Assembly: GCA_963745835.1 (NCBI GenBank) | Contig: CAVUZH010000016.1 | Span: forward strand, 384,001-448,000 | DNA length: 64,000 nt | Source: an uncultured delta proteobacterium | GTDB taxonomy: Bacteria > Desulfobacterota > Binatia > UBA9968 | Reading direction: 5' to 3' | In this document: one piece after another, positions 1-9,537 of the stretch | How the letters are laid out: every line of letters begins with the position of its first letter | Position numbering within the stretch: position 1 is the first letter of the stretch | The notes under the pieces: generated by a model | The model's database searches: none | Told to the model about the DNA's origin: nothing | What the model saw: the letters and a program-made list of their open reading frames with translations, nothing else | Program-made: the position numbers and the translations under genes

Positions 1-209
1 GGCGCCTTCAGTCGCTTGCCCAGAAAGGTTGTCTCGGTGTCGATTTCGTCTATGTCGAGATCGGGCAATGCGTTGTGAACAAACCTATAGGAACCGAGAC
101 CGGATCCTGTTGGACTCAAAATCGTTTTGCTGTCGAGACACAGCTCGAGATGTTCTTTTTTTCGCTGTTGGGTCTTGGTGAGAGCTTTATTCTCTCGGCG
201 ACTTGGCAT
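1..209 (-). CDS. fni: Type 2 (FMN-dependent) isopentenyl-diphosphate delta-isomerase, 5' part; runs off the window edge
   Basis: Not in the ORF track. Manual translation from ATG at 209 gives MPSRRENKALTKTQQRKKEHLELCLDSKTILSPTGSGLGSYRFVHNALPDLDIDEIDTETTFLGKRLKAP. This matches the IDI-2 N-terminal pattern RKxEHLxxCL...FVHxALPxLxxxEIDxxTxFLGxxLxAP. Confidence 0.88.
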   Translation of the reverse strand, partial: MPSRRENKALTKTQQRKKEHLELCLDSKTILSPTGSGLGSYRFVHNALPDLDIDEIDTETTFLGKRLKA

Positions 210-227
210 GTCGAGCAAAGCAGGGCT

Positions 228-881
228 TTACGACTGCTTTTTGATCCGCTGGCTGACCTTGGCGGCCGCCAGCGTGGTGGTTTTTCCGGCATCAGGATGA
301 CGACTCATTCCTTCGTCATCCCATCGATGAAATAGTTTCACATCGATGCCGAACTGATCCAGGATACGAGTGACTGTCTGATTGATTACGTCATCCAATG
401 TTTTAGGACGGTGATAAAAAGCCGGCACCGGTGGAAAGATAACCGCCCCCATTCGGGTCAGCGACACCATTGCCTCGAGATGGCCCAAGTGGAGCGGGGT
501 TTCCCGTACTACGAGGACAAGCTTTTTGCGCTCCTTTAATACCACATCAGCGGCGCGCACTAGGAGGTCGCCCCCGAGCGAATGCGCAATACCGCTCATC
601 GACTTCATCGAGCACGGCGCGATGACCATGCCTTCGGTGCGAAAGGAACCACTCGAGATGCTGGCTCCGACATTGTTAACGTCGTGAACGACATCCGCCA
701 TCGCCTCGACATCCTTAGACGAGTACGGAGTCTCCACCTGGATCGTCATTCGACCCGCTTTGCTCAAAACCAGATGAGTTTCGATCTCAGCCAATTTCGC
801 CAGGATCTCGAGCATGCGAACGCCATAAACGGCGCCGGTCGCGCCGGAAATGCCAACGATCAGTCGCTTTTTGTTATTCAA
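228..881 (-). CDS. ubiX: Flavin prenyltransferase UbiX
   Basis: Motifs IVGISGATGAVYG, ISSGSF, IAPCSMKS, RAADVVLKE, RETPL and PPVPAFY. Confidence 0.96.
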   Translation of the reverse strand: MNNKKRLIVGISGATGAVYGVRMLEILAKLAEIETHLVLSKAGRMTIQVETPYSSKDVEAMADVVHDVNNVGASISSGSFRTEGMVIAPCSMKSMSGIAHSLGGDLLVRAADVVLKERKKLVLVVRETPLHLGHLEAMVSLTRMGAVIFPPVPAFYHRPKTLDDVINQTVTRILDQFGIDVKLFHRWDDEGMSRHPDAGKTTTLAAAKVSQRIKKQS

Positions 882-1292
882 TCGTCAAACTCCAAGACCA
901 AGCGGTCACCATCCTTGACAGAGAGCGCATCTTTTATTCGAACTTGGGCAACGACTTCGATCTTGTCTTTTGGATAATCGACCACAGCAGGAAGTAGTAC
1001 AGCTCCCCTGACCGTTTCCTCGCCGTCGACCAATCGTTGTAAGCTGACACAAATAAAGCCCGGCGCTACAGAAGCCGGTCGGGACCGGCGCCAGTGGCAC
1101 AGCCGCAACCTCTCTCTGGATTTGCTGCCACAGCCGCGCATCCGGCGGCGTTGATGGCCGCAAATTGAGAGTAGCCGGGTACGGCGCAAATCCTAAACTT
1201 TCCCGAAGCGCTTCCTGCACCCAGTCTAGCGCCATAAATTTGGACGCTTGGCCCAGGTCCGAAAAAATCACACCTTCGATTCTGCGCGACAC
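878..1292 (-). CDS. CTP-dependent (archaeal-type, DUF120) riboflavin kinase; one frameshift near 1040-1060
   Basis: N-half (ORF 906..1292) reads GVIFSDLGQASKF...LGFAPYPATLNL. C-half (ORF 878..1189) reads YPKDKIEVVAQVRIKDALSVKDGDRLVLEF. Both match archaeal RibK patterns (LGFxPYPGTLN; EIIAPxxLRxxLxLKDGD). The stop overlaps the ubiX start. Confidence 0.8.
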
Positions 1293-1319
1293 TGCGCGTC
1301 CAATAAACCAAGTGCCGGC

Positions 1320-2482
1320 TCAATGGCCGGAGAGTGATGCCGCCTTGCCGCCGCGACGAACCTTGACCACCTCAGCCAGAATTGACAATGCAATTTCGGG
1401 CGGTGTCTCGGTCGCGATATCCAGACCTATCGGAGCGTACACCCGCTCGATGACTTCCTCGGCGATTTTCTCCTCGTCACGGAATCTTTGAAAACACGCC
1501 TTGATTCGCCGCCGGCTACCGATCATACCGATGTATTTCGCTTTACTGTGAAGGATCTGCGCGCAGACAAGGTTCATCATATTTATGTCCGCGGGTAATA
1601 AGGACGATATAACAGGATGGAGTAATCGTCATCTCCTTCAACATTTGCGCCATATCGCCAACCAGCACTTCATCAGCCGCGGGAAACCTGTCGCGATTGG
1701 CATAAAGGAGGCGATCGTCAATGACAGTAACGTGAAAATCTAGAACCTTGGCGATTTGAACCAGAGGCACTGCGATATGGCCGGCGCCGACAACAATCAG
1801 CTTGGGCGGCGCCAACATGACTTCAAAAAAAACCTGAAGCCTTCCGCCCTCGGGTATTTCAATTGCCACGAGCTTGGACTTCTCCCCGCTTGATATCGCC
1901 TCGCTCTCACGAACGATCCGCTCAACCGCGCGCGAATCGCCGATCGTCTCGGTTTCGCTTTTGCCGTCCACTACCAGGCATTTAGCGCCGGCTTGAATAC
2001 GGTCGCTTCCCTCCGCTTCGACGATCGTCGCAAGAACAGCGGATAGGCCTTGCTCGCTGATCCGCACCAATTCTTCAGAAAGGGCGCTCATTCCTTGCCA
2101 GTGGCTCCCCGTCGCGCTCTTCCCACCAGGGATCGACAAAAATATTCATGATCCCGCCGCAAACAGCCGGGCTGTCGGACGATATGTCATCGAGCAGATC
2201 TACACGCACCATTCGCGGTTTGCGCGTACGGATGACTTCAATAGCTTCGCGCTTGACGTCTGCCTCGCCGCAACCACCGCCGATGGTGCCGAGAATTTCT
2301 CCCCAGGCCGTGACCACCATTTTCGCGCCGACTTCTCGCGGAGTCGAGCCTTTGGCCGAGACGATAGTCGCCACCGCGACTGTTTCGCCTTTGTCGAGAA
2401 ACTCTTTTACCTGATGATAAACCGAGTCTTTCTTTTTGGCTTCCAAAGCCGGGTCCTCAAAGCACGTTCCTTGACCTGACAT
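1320..2482 (-). CDS. xdhC: XdhC/CoxI-family molybdenum-cofactor insertion chaperone; split over three frames (breaks near 2090 and 1565)
   Basis: ATIVSAKGSTPREVGAKM, GTIGGGCGE and CGG lie in 2075..2482. LIVVGAGHIA and VLITRGHKYD lie in 1543..2139. YIGMIGSRRR and APIGLDIATETPPEIALSILAE lie in 1320..1580. Confidence 0.88.
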
Positions 2483-2505
2483 GATTTTCCTCCGTGGAGA
2501 CGATT

Positions 2506-3718
2506 TCAAGCCACCATCTTCTGTAAAGTGCGCCCCAATGCAACCAAACTGTTAAGATTATGAACCGACAAGAATAGATCGATGTACGGCAAGGCCGCCT
2601 GCATTCCCTTGCACAAGGGCTCGTAATTTTCGCTGGCAAGCAGCGGATTGAGCCAGATCACTTTCTTACATCGACGCTTTAGATCCTGCATCTGCCGCTC
2701 TAGTAGGCTAACGTCGCCCCGGTCCCAACCGTCACTAATGATAACGACGATGGTCCGGGAGGTCACCATGGCCGGAGCAAAATTTCGGTTGAAGGTTTGC
2801 AGAGAACGGCCGATGTTGGTGCCACCGGACCAGCCCAAAATACTGCCGGAGATCTGCTCCAGCGCATTGGCAATATCCTTGGTGCGAATCAAATGGGTGA
2901 TACGGGTAAGCGAAGTGCTAAAAACAAACGTCTCAACACCCCATAGCTCATTCTGCAATCCGTACATGAATTGAATCAAAAATCGACTGTAACAATCCAT
3001 CGAGCCGCTGACATCACAAAGCAGCACCACCTTGGTTTTTTTGATGCGGCGCTTGCGGTTGACCAACTCGACCACGATCGCCGCCGTATTTGATGTTTTT
3101 GCGCAAGGTCCAACGGGGGTCCACCGTGGCCCCTTTGCGCGAGTGTTTCTTGCGCCGGCTGATCTGGGTGGCGATTTTCGTGGCAATCAGCAAGATTGCG
3201 CGGGCGATCGCGCGACTCTCCTCGACACTCATTTCGCTAAAATCTTTGCGGTTGAGCAACTCTTGGGCGCTGTAGGTAGGAATCGAAAACTCGTCCAGAT
3301 TCTCCAACTCGACATTCTCTTTCGCCGGCATTTCAGCAAATGCTTCATCCAACCCCTCCTCCTCGCCGCCTTCTTGCGCCTGAGATTCGGTGGGCGTTCC
3401 TTGAATCTCGAGCGTTTCCATCGGCACCCGCTCGTAGTTCTGTTCGCGCCAGAAGCAATCGAAGACCATGTCGAAGACGGGGAAATCCTCCACTTGAGAA
3501 ATCAAATTGGACCGCAGAAGAGCGCGAAAATCCTCCTTCTCGCCGATATCCACCAGATCAAGCGAGCGGGACGTGTCGATGATTTGGCTCAAACTTACCT
3601 TCACCCCCAATTGCTTCAGAGCGCGCCCGAAGGCGAGTAAATTGGCCACAGTACCGTGCCCACGCACCGCCGCAAAATTGTTGACTGCAGCTGCAACGAT
3701 TTCCGAAGTGATTTCCAT
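2506..3718 (-). CDS. CoxE-like vWA-domain protein; frameshift near 3075
   Basis: N-part reads LLAFGRALKQLGVKV...VDPRWTLRKNIKYGG. C-part has the MIDAS motif LLCDVSGSM plus WSGGTNIG, IISDGWDRG and IWLNPL. Confidence 0.88.
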
Positions 3719-3723
3719 ATCCG

Positions 3724-4686
3724 CTAACTCATCAATTCGGGCGAAGACCTGAGCAACGCATCCAAATTGAGATGTTTTCCTTCGATTTGCTCTTTCAGAT
3801 GGTGTAGATCTTCTCGATATTTGAATACACAGCCCATCGTTTCAACGACGGTCTTGTCGTCCAGTCCCTTTCGGTTGAGGGCAATCAGAGCTGTCGCCCA
3901 ATCCAATGTTTCGGCCACACCCGGCCTCTTGTAAAAATTCATCTCGCGAACCCGCTGCATAAATGCGCAGATCTGCTTGGCCATTGCCGGCGCGACCTCT
4001 GGAAACTTGGTCGAAATGATCTCCAGCTCCTTTTCAAAGGTTGGATACTCAATCCAATGATAAAGACAACGTCGCTTTAGGGCATCATGAATTTCGCGGG
4101 TCCGATTGGAAGTCAAAAAGACGTAAGGACGCTGCTTCGCTTGTACGGTGCCAATCTCGGGGATGGTGATTTGGAAGTCGGACAGTACTTCGAGCAAGAA
4201 GGCTTCAAACTCGACGTCGGCGCGGTCGATTTCGTCGATAAGCAGAACTGGCGGATTCTCCTCCTCGCTGATAATGGCCTCCAACAGAGGGCGCTTGAGC
4301 AAGTAATCCTGGTTGAAGATCTCGGTTTCGACCGCCTTCTTATCTCCTCTTTGAACTTCCTCCAGTTTGATCCGCAACATTTGCTTGGGATAATTCCACT
4401 CGTAGAGTGCCGTGTTGGCATCCAAGCCCTCGTAGCATTGGAGCCGGATCAGTTTGGCGTTCAACACTTTCGCAAGCACCTTGGCGATTTCAGTTTTACC
4501 GACTCCGGCCTCTCCTTCGAGCAGCAATGGTTTACCCATTGCCAATGAAAGATAGACAACGGTAGCCAATGAGCGGTCGCAAACATATTCCTCTTTGAGC
4601 AGAATCTCTTGAACCTCGTCGATCGTCAGCTGTTTTGGATTCACGCCAGCCTCACCGTTTGAGATTTTAGAATTTAGTTTCGCCAT
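3724..4686 (-). CDS. MoxR-family AAA+ ATPase (CoxD-like)
   Basis: Walker A LLEGEAGVGKT, RLQCYEGLD, Walker B LLIDEIDRAD, TSNRTREIHDALKRRC. Confidence 0.93.
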   Translation of the reverse strand: MAKLNSKISNGEAGVNPKQLTIDEVQEILLKEEYVCDRSLATVVYLSLAMGKPLLLEGEAGVGKTEIAKVLAKVLNAKLIRLQCYEGLDANTALYEWNYPKQMLRIKLEEVQRGDKKAVETEIFNQDYLLKRPLLEAIISEEENPPVLLIDEIDRADVEFEAFLLEVLSDFQITIPEIGTVQAKQRPYVFLTSNRTREIHDALKRRCLYHWIEYPTFEKELEIISTKFPEVAPAMAKQICAFMQRVREMNFYKRPGVAETLDWATALIALNRKGLDDKTVVETMGCVFKYREDLHHLKEQIEGKHLNLDALLRSSPELMS

Positions 4687-5500
4687 GAATTTTTAAATCT
4701 CCGAGAGAATGAAGAACCGCTTCCAAAACGCCGCCGGCGATCGCCCGCGACTTATCGGAAATCGAATCACAATAACCCCTTTCACCGCGCGGATCAATGT
4801 CGCCGGCTTTGATGCCTTGCTGGACCTGAATGCCATTGCGCAGCAGACCGCGAATCTGACCTGAGATCTCCGCTTTGATCAATTCACCATTCACGTTTGC
4901 GACCGGCTCACCCTTCGCGATCACATCACCGATAGTTCGCAGCGCATTAAAGATCCCGCTTTGCGGCACCCGCAGAACCCTGGACGCCGTATAGCCATCC
5001 ACCGAAGCGGGTATGCCGGTGTCGGATTCGGCGGCCCCATCCCAGATGACACGCCCTAAATGATGACCCCGATTACTTTCAACCACCGCATGCACATTAA
5101 ACCCCGCCGTGAAGCCCGGACCCACACCAATCACTAGCGGCGCGTCCGTGAGTCTTGCAACGCCATTCTTCTTAGCCATGATGGCGTCGACAACGACAGC
5201 GGGCTTGAGAATTTCTCGAATCGAGGCTTCGGGATCTACAAAGACCGGAATTTGATTTCGCTTCCAAGCCATATAAGCTTCATCGCAAGAAGCAGCGCGA
5301 ACAGCCTCGACTCCTTCGACGGTGTGAGCGCCTTCGTAAACCGCTTCGGCAAACGCAACATTTCTTCGGACCGACGTGGGCATGGTAATTTCAGTGATTA
5401 ACACCCGCATATGACAGCGGTGCAACCGATGCGCGATACCCGTAGCCATCTCGCCGCCACCACGGATGAGTACAATCAACTCAGAGATCGACAATGTCAT
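4667..5500 (-). CDS. yqeB: YqeB-family selenium-dependent molybdenum hydroxylase system protein
   Basis: Motifs LIRGGGEMATGIAHRL, VRRNVAFAEA, VVDAIMAKKN, IGVGPGF, ESNRGHHLGR, GDIDPRG and ISDKSRAIAGGVLEA. Start moved to ATG 5500. Confidence 0.88.
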   Translation of the reverse strand: MTLSISELIVLIRGGGEMATGIAHRLHRCHMRVLITEITMPTSVRRNVAFAEAVYEGAHTVEGVEAVRAASCDEAYMAWKRNQIPVFVDPEASIREILKPAVVVDAIMAKKNGVARLTDAPLVIGVGPGFTAGFNVHAVVESNRGHHLGRVIWDGAAESDTGIPASVDGYTASRVLRVPQSGIFNALRTIGDVIAKGEPVANVNGELIKAEISGQIRGLLRNGIQVQQGIKAGDIDPRGERGYCDSISDKSRAIAGGVLEAVLHSLGDLKIHGETKF

Positions 5501-5590
5501 ACAGACTACAAATATCATAACAAAGCGGTCCGGATTATGGAAAGCTTTGTAGATGGGTCCAGCGAATAAGGAAATCGACGTAGTGCTTAG

Positions 5591-5627
5591 CACCAGCACA
5601 GCGGCGAAATCCGCCGCTGTGCTGGTG
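5591..5627. terminator. Perfect 16-bp GC-rich stem-loop downstream of the T2SS operon
   Basis: caccagcacagcggcg-aaatc-cgccgctgtgctggtg has exactly complementary arms. There is no U-tract, so a terminator role is uncertain. Confidence 0.5.
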
Positions 5628-5684
5628 AGGGAAGATTTCTCTCTAGGAATTCGGGATGTGGCTATCTGGCGGAGATTTTTGCTG

Positions 5685-6059
5685 TTATCTAACCGTTACG
5701 CGCGAAATGTAGCTATCGGCAAACTTCTCATTTGCTTTGAGCGTATTGTTTAGTTCGACCGCTTCATTTCGGGTCGTCAATTGGCCGACACGAACGCGGT
5801 AACGCAACCGATTGTCGACCGCGGCCCGGATGACGCGCGCATCGTAGCCTTTTTGACGGAGCCGATCGGCCATCTGATCAGCATCTTTTTCTTCCGGCAG
5901 AGATGCAACCTGGACCATCCAAATGTGATTCACGTCGATGCCTGGAGTTGTTCGGTCGATTTTTTCTGCCCTTGTAATGACCCGCTCCGTAGGGGCGACC
6001 GGACTACCTAAGCTTGCTTGCACCGGAAACGGTCGTTCGAATTGCGCGCCTGCGATCAA
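5685..6059 (-). CDS. SPOR peptidoglycan-binding domain; probably the frameshifted C-terminus of GspD
   Basis: WMVQVASL..EKDADQMADRLRQKGY...YRVRVG is a SPOR signature. It has no signal peptide, a TTG start, and overlaps the gspD 3' end by 56 nt. Confidence 0.8.
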   Translation of the reverse strand: MIAGAQFERPFPVQASLGSPVAPTERVITRAEKIDRTTPGIDVNHIWMVQVASLPEEKDADQMADRLRQKGYDARVIRAAVDNRLRYRVRVGQLTTRNEAVELNNTLKANEKFADSYISRVTVR

Positions 6060-8877
6060 TGGAGCGAGCCGACAACGCCGAGGCTATGCTTTCAGCTTGT
6101 GGAGCCTGTGCGACTTGCATTGGATCATTGGGCGTAACTAAATCGGCTGGGAACTGGTGCACGGCCGGAGGCCACGGCAACGGCGGGTTGCGATTGGTTA
6201 ACTCGGTGACTGTCGCAACCTCCGCAGGACGATTCAGTGTGGCCGTCGCACTTGCGGCATCTATGGGGGGCGCATTTTTCCTGCCTCTTTTATCCAACGA
6301 TATGGATGGTTGGGGCGGAGGATTCTGCGGCGTGTGCTGAGGCAAGGCTGGTCCAGGCATACCGCTTGGGATCGACGACGTATTGGGAGTCGGACTTGGT
6401 AAATTCTCTCTCGGGCCCGGCACTGCAGGGACGTCAGCCGGCGGCACGGCAGGCTGTTGCCTTCTTGATTTCAATCGCTCCTGTTCCATCCAAAAACGTT
6501 CGAGTTCATTTCTTATTCCATAGAGCTTATCTTTGAACCCTTCTGTCACCTGCTGGGCTTCGTCTCGGTTTCGAACGACATGGGGCGTAATGAGCATGAC
6601 CAGCTCAGTACGATCCGAGGTGTCGTTGGTGGTGCCAAAAAGTCGGCCCAGTACTGGAAGGTCCATCAAATACGGAATTCCTGAGCGATCTCGCCTTGTG
6701 GTGTCGCTGATGATCCCGCCGATCGCCAGCGTATCGCCATCTTGCACGACTGCGGTGGTTTCCGCATCGCGGGTCGTGAACGACGGCGAATTGGTATTGC
6801 CAAACGACGGGGCGCCCACATCGCTAACCTCTTGTTTGACCTGTAGGTGAACCAAACCCTGTGAATTGACTTGTGGAATGATCGTGAGAATAACGCCTGT
6901 GTTCCGATACTGCACACTGTTCACGATAGGACTGTCGGCGGAGACAATTGATTGAGATTGCGAGGACAAAACAGGAATCTCGCGACCGACCTGGATTCGC
7001 GCCGGTCGGTTATCCGTCGCCAGGACACTTGGCGACGAAAGGATTTTAGCGCGATTGTCGGTCGCCAAGGCGGAGATAAACGCTCGAATAGTATTGCCAC
7101 GCCCGGCAACCCCACTGATGCCGTTCAAGAATTGAGCGAATGGCGAGTTTTCGGTGGCGGGACGAGTTGCTTGATTGAAAATCCCGCTTCTCACCGCCCC
7201 TTGGGACTCGAAACTTTGACCGAATATCGACGGGTTGTATTTGCGAAACAATTCATATTCAACGCCGAATGATTCAGACCCTGTCAAGCTTACTTCGGCC
7301 ACCATAACGTCCATGAGAACCTGGCGCGGGATAATGTCGAGTTCTTTCAGAATGTTTTTGATATTCTGAAATTCCTGGACGGTGCCGTAAATGATCAATG
7401 AGTTCGTTCCCGGATCAGGCACGATTCTTAGTTGTTCCTCTGGCTTGGCACCGGGAGCTGTAGGAGTCGCCGGTCTGGGAGCCCCCGGTACGGATGGTAA
7501 CCCGGGCGCCAATCCGGGGGTTGGCGCCGCGGGCGGCGCTTGAGTGGGCGCCGGCGCCGGAACGGTGGCAAACGCGCCCCCTAACGGCTGGGTTTGTTGC
7601 TGAAACCCTGAGCGCCCATACGATGGACTCATTGAACGACTGCCGCTATCGAACTGTCCGAATCCTCCAGGCGTTGAGCGGTGCAAGTCTTGAAGGGTCC
7701 TGGAACTATCCCTTCTGCCCGTCATCGGCTGACCGAGCGCCTGGGTCAAGACATCGGCCAGCTCCGTCGCTTTGCCATTTTCCACCGGGTATATAAAGAT
7801 TCGCCTACCTGGTCCTTCACCTGCAACGTCAACGCGCTCCAGCCACCTTTTGGCATAAGTCCACGCAGCCTCGCTGTGGCTGATTACCAAGAGCTGATTG
7901 ATGCGCGGCAATGGAACGAATTGAGAAGCGAAGTTCTCTTGTTGCGGCGCCGACGCGGCGTAATACTGCATCACTTTCGTCATTTCGGCGGCAAGTTCTT
8001 CAGCGCTGGCAACCTTCGGCTGATAGATCTCCATGCGCGTTCCAGCAAACACCTGAACGTCGATCATATCGGCGATTTCGACTAGGCGCTGGATGTTAGA
8101 AGGAAGATCGATAATGACCAGAAAATTTCCCCGCGGATAATCTACGAGCTCGCCGCCGGGGGTCAAAAAGGGAGTCAAGAGCTTCTTCATTTCCGCCGCT
8201 GAGAAAAATCGCACCGGAACAACCTGCAGCGCGAAACTGTCTTCACGGCCTTGCGTCAATGGCCGTACCAGACCCTTAGCATCCTTGATCGTCGTGATCC
8301 GGTACATGTTTCCGGTGCGCACCGCTACCGCATTGTTCATGCGCAGGACTTGATGAAAAATGGGCAGCAAATCTTCGGGGCGCAACGGCTCGGCGCTATG
8401 AATCGTAACGATTCCCTTAACCTCGGGATCAATGGTGTATGTCAGCCGAAGGTGCTGGGCCAAAATGTGAATGATCTCGACTAAATCGGCTCGGTTGAAA
8501 TTCAGCGAGACCATACCGCCCGCCGTGCTCGGCGGGGGCAACATTCTTCGTTCCGGCGGAATCGGCGTCGGAGCAGGGGCAGGCGCCGGTGCGGGTACAC
8601 CTTGGGGAACGCTTTCGTCCGATGCGCCAGGAGTTCCTGGCACCTGTTGCGCAGAGGAGGGGGGCCGTTGCGGCACTATAGGCGCGCGGCGCGGAAGCTG
8701 ACTGGGCGGTGGCTGACCCTGCCCCGGCGGCACCTGATTCGGTTCTGTAGGGGCGGGTTGCACGGGTACGGGTGTAAGCGGAGGCTGCGTGGGACCTTGC
8801 TGTGCAGCGAGCGGTAGCACACTGCTAGTGACGTACACCAACGTCACCAACCCTCTGAAACACTTTCCTGGCATCAA
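6004..8877 (-). CDS. gspD: Type II secretion secretin GspD with Pro-rich N- and C-terminal extensions
   Basis: Signal peptide; VSLNFNRADL N0 domain; IVPDPGTNSLII; QVLMDVMVAEV; ILSSPSVLATDNRPARIQVG; IGGII...SGIPYLMDLPVLGRLF; ELVMLITPHVV. Confidence 0.95.
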   Translation of the reverse strand: MMPGKCFRGLVTLVYVTSSVLPLAAQQGPTQPPLTPVPVQPAPTEPNQVPPGQGQPPPSQLPRRAPIVPQRPPSSAQQVPGTPGASDESVPQGVPAPAPAPAPTPIPPERRMLPPPSTAGGMVSLNFNRADLVEIIHILAQHLRLTYTIDPEVKGIVTIHSAEPLRPEDLLPIFHQVLRMNNAVAVRTGNMYRITTIKDAKGLVRPLTQGREDSFALQVVPVRFFSAAEMKKLLTPFLTPGGELVDYPRGNFLVIIDLPSNIQRLVEIADMIDVQVFAGTRMEIYQPKVASAEELAAEMTKVMQYYAASAPQQENFASQFVPLPRINQLLVISHSEAAWTYAKRWLERVDVAGEGPGRRIFIYPVENGKATELADVLTQALGQPMTGRRDSSRTLQDLHRSTPGGFGQFDSGSRSMSPSYGRSGFQQQTQPLGGAFATVPAPAPTQAPPAAPTPGLAPGLPSVPGAPRPATPTAPGAKPEEQLRIVPDPGTNSLIIYGTVQEFQNIKNILKELDIIPRQVLMDVMVAEVSLTGSESFGVEYELFRKYNPSIFGQSFESQGAVRSGIFNQATRPATENSPFAQFLNGISGVAGRGNTIRAFISALATDNRAKILSSPSVLATDNRPARIQVGREIPVLSSQSQSIVSADSPIVNSVQYRNTGVILTIIPQVNSQGLVHLQVKQEVSDVGAPSFGNTNSPSFTTRDAETTAVVQDGDTLAIGGIISDTTRRDRSGIPYLMDLPVLGRLFGTTNDTSDRTELVMLITPHVVRNRDEAQQVTEGFKDKLYGIRNELERFWMEQERLKSRRQQPAVPPADVPAVPGPRENLPSPTPNTSSIPSGMPGPALPQHTPQNPPPQPSISLDKRGRKNAPPIDAASATATLNRPAEVATVTELTNRNPPLPWPPAVHQFPADLVTPNDPMQVAQAPQAESIASALSARSIDRRRAIRTTVSGASKLR

Positions 8878-8889
8878 TCCTCCTGCTGG

Positions 8890-9537
8890 TTATGACTCGG
8901 GATTTGGATTTGGCGGAGCGGGAAGAGCTCCTCTTCTAGGCAGGTTGGGAACGACTCTCGGCGCGACCGCCGGCGCACCGCGTTGGCTTGGCGGTGTCGC
9001 TGCTCGACCGGGTGCCGGATCATCTCGCCGGAAATAATCTAAGAGAACCTCGACCCTCGACCCGCCCTTGGTAAAGACGACTCTCCGGTCGGCAATTTCA
9101 GTTAAGCGAAAGCCTTCTACGCTGTCACCAAGTTTTACGCGCATGGGCCCAACGGGCGCGGCTGGTCCATTGGGCGTAGTCGATTGGGTAGCCGGGTCTT
9201 GCAAAATCGCCGAGCGACTCTCGCCGAGAATTACCGTACCAAGCAGGACCATATTACGGATGCGTTGAAAAGAACGAGAATTAAATTCCGCTTCTCGAGT
9301 TGCACCTGCGCCTCGCTCCGGATCAAAGAGATTTTTGCTGATGATCAGGTCCGGATTTACCGCCGGCAGCGTCGGGTTGGCGTTGGTTGGCTGTTCATCA
9401 AGCGCTAACGGAGCCGCGGTCTTGGGCTGCTGCGGCAAACTCCACGGCTCCTCTTGCCAGACTTTGTAGATGCGCCAGCCGATCAAGCCTATGGCGACCA
9501 AAAGAAGAATGCTGAGCAGTGATGATCTTTTTAAAAT
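8890..9537 (-). CDS. GspC-like T2SS clamp protein (N-terminal TM plus HR domain); probable start at ATT 9537
   Basis: TM segment, KNLFDPERG, VLLGTVI and VKLGDSVEGFRLTEIADRRVVF. It lies directly before gspD. GGAGGA sits 7 nt upstream of an in-frame ATT. Confidence 0.7.
   Translation of the reverse strand: MLKRSSLLSILLLVAIGLIGWRIYKVWQEEPWSLPQQPKTAAPLALDEQPTNANPTLPAVNPDLIISKNLFDPERGAGATREAEFNSRSFQRIRNMVLLGTVILGESRSAILQDPATQSTTPNGPAAPVGPMRVKLGDSVEGFRLTEIADRRVVFTKGGSRVEVLLDYFRRDDPAPGRAATPPSQRGAPAVAPRVVPNLPRRGALPAPPNPNPES

Noticed and set aside
3032-3640. 202-aa plus-strand ORF and similar antisense ORFs across the window
   Set aside because: They are shadows of well-supported minus-strand genes and carry no recognisable motifs.
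878-3718. Programmed ribosomal frameshifting or selenocysteine recoding in the kinase, xdhC and coxE-like genes
   Set aside because: The continuations are in different frames rather than through an in-frame TGA. I saw no consistent slippery motif, and the same kind of break occurs throughout the window.
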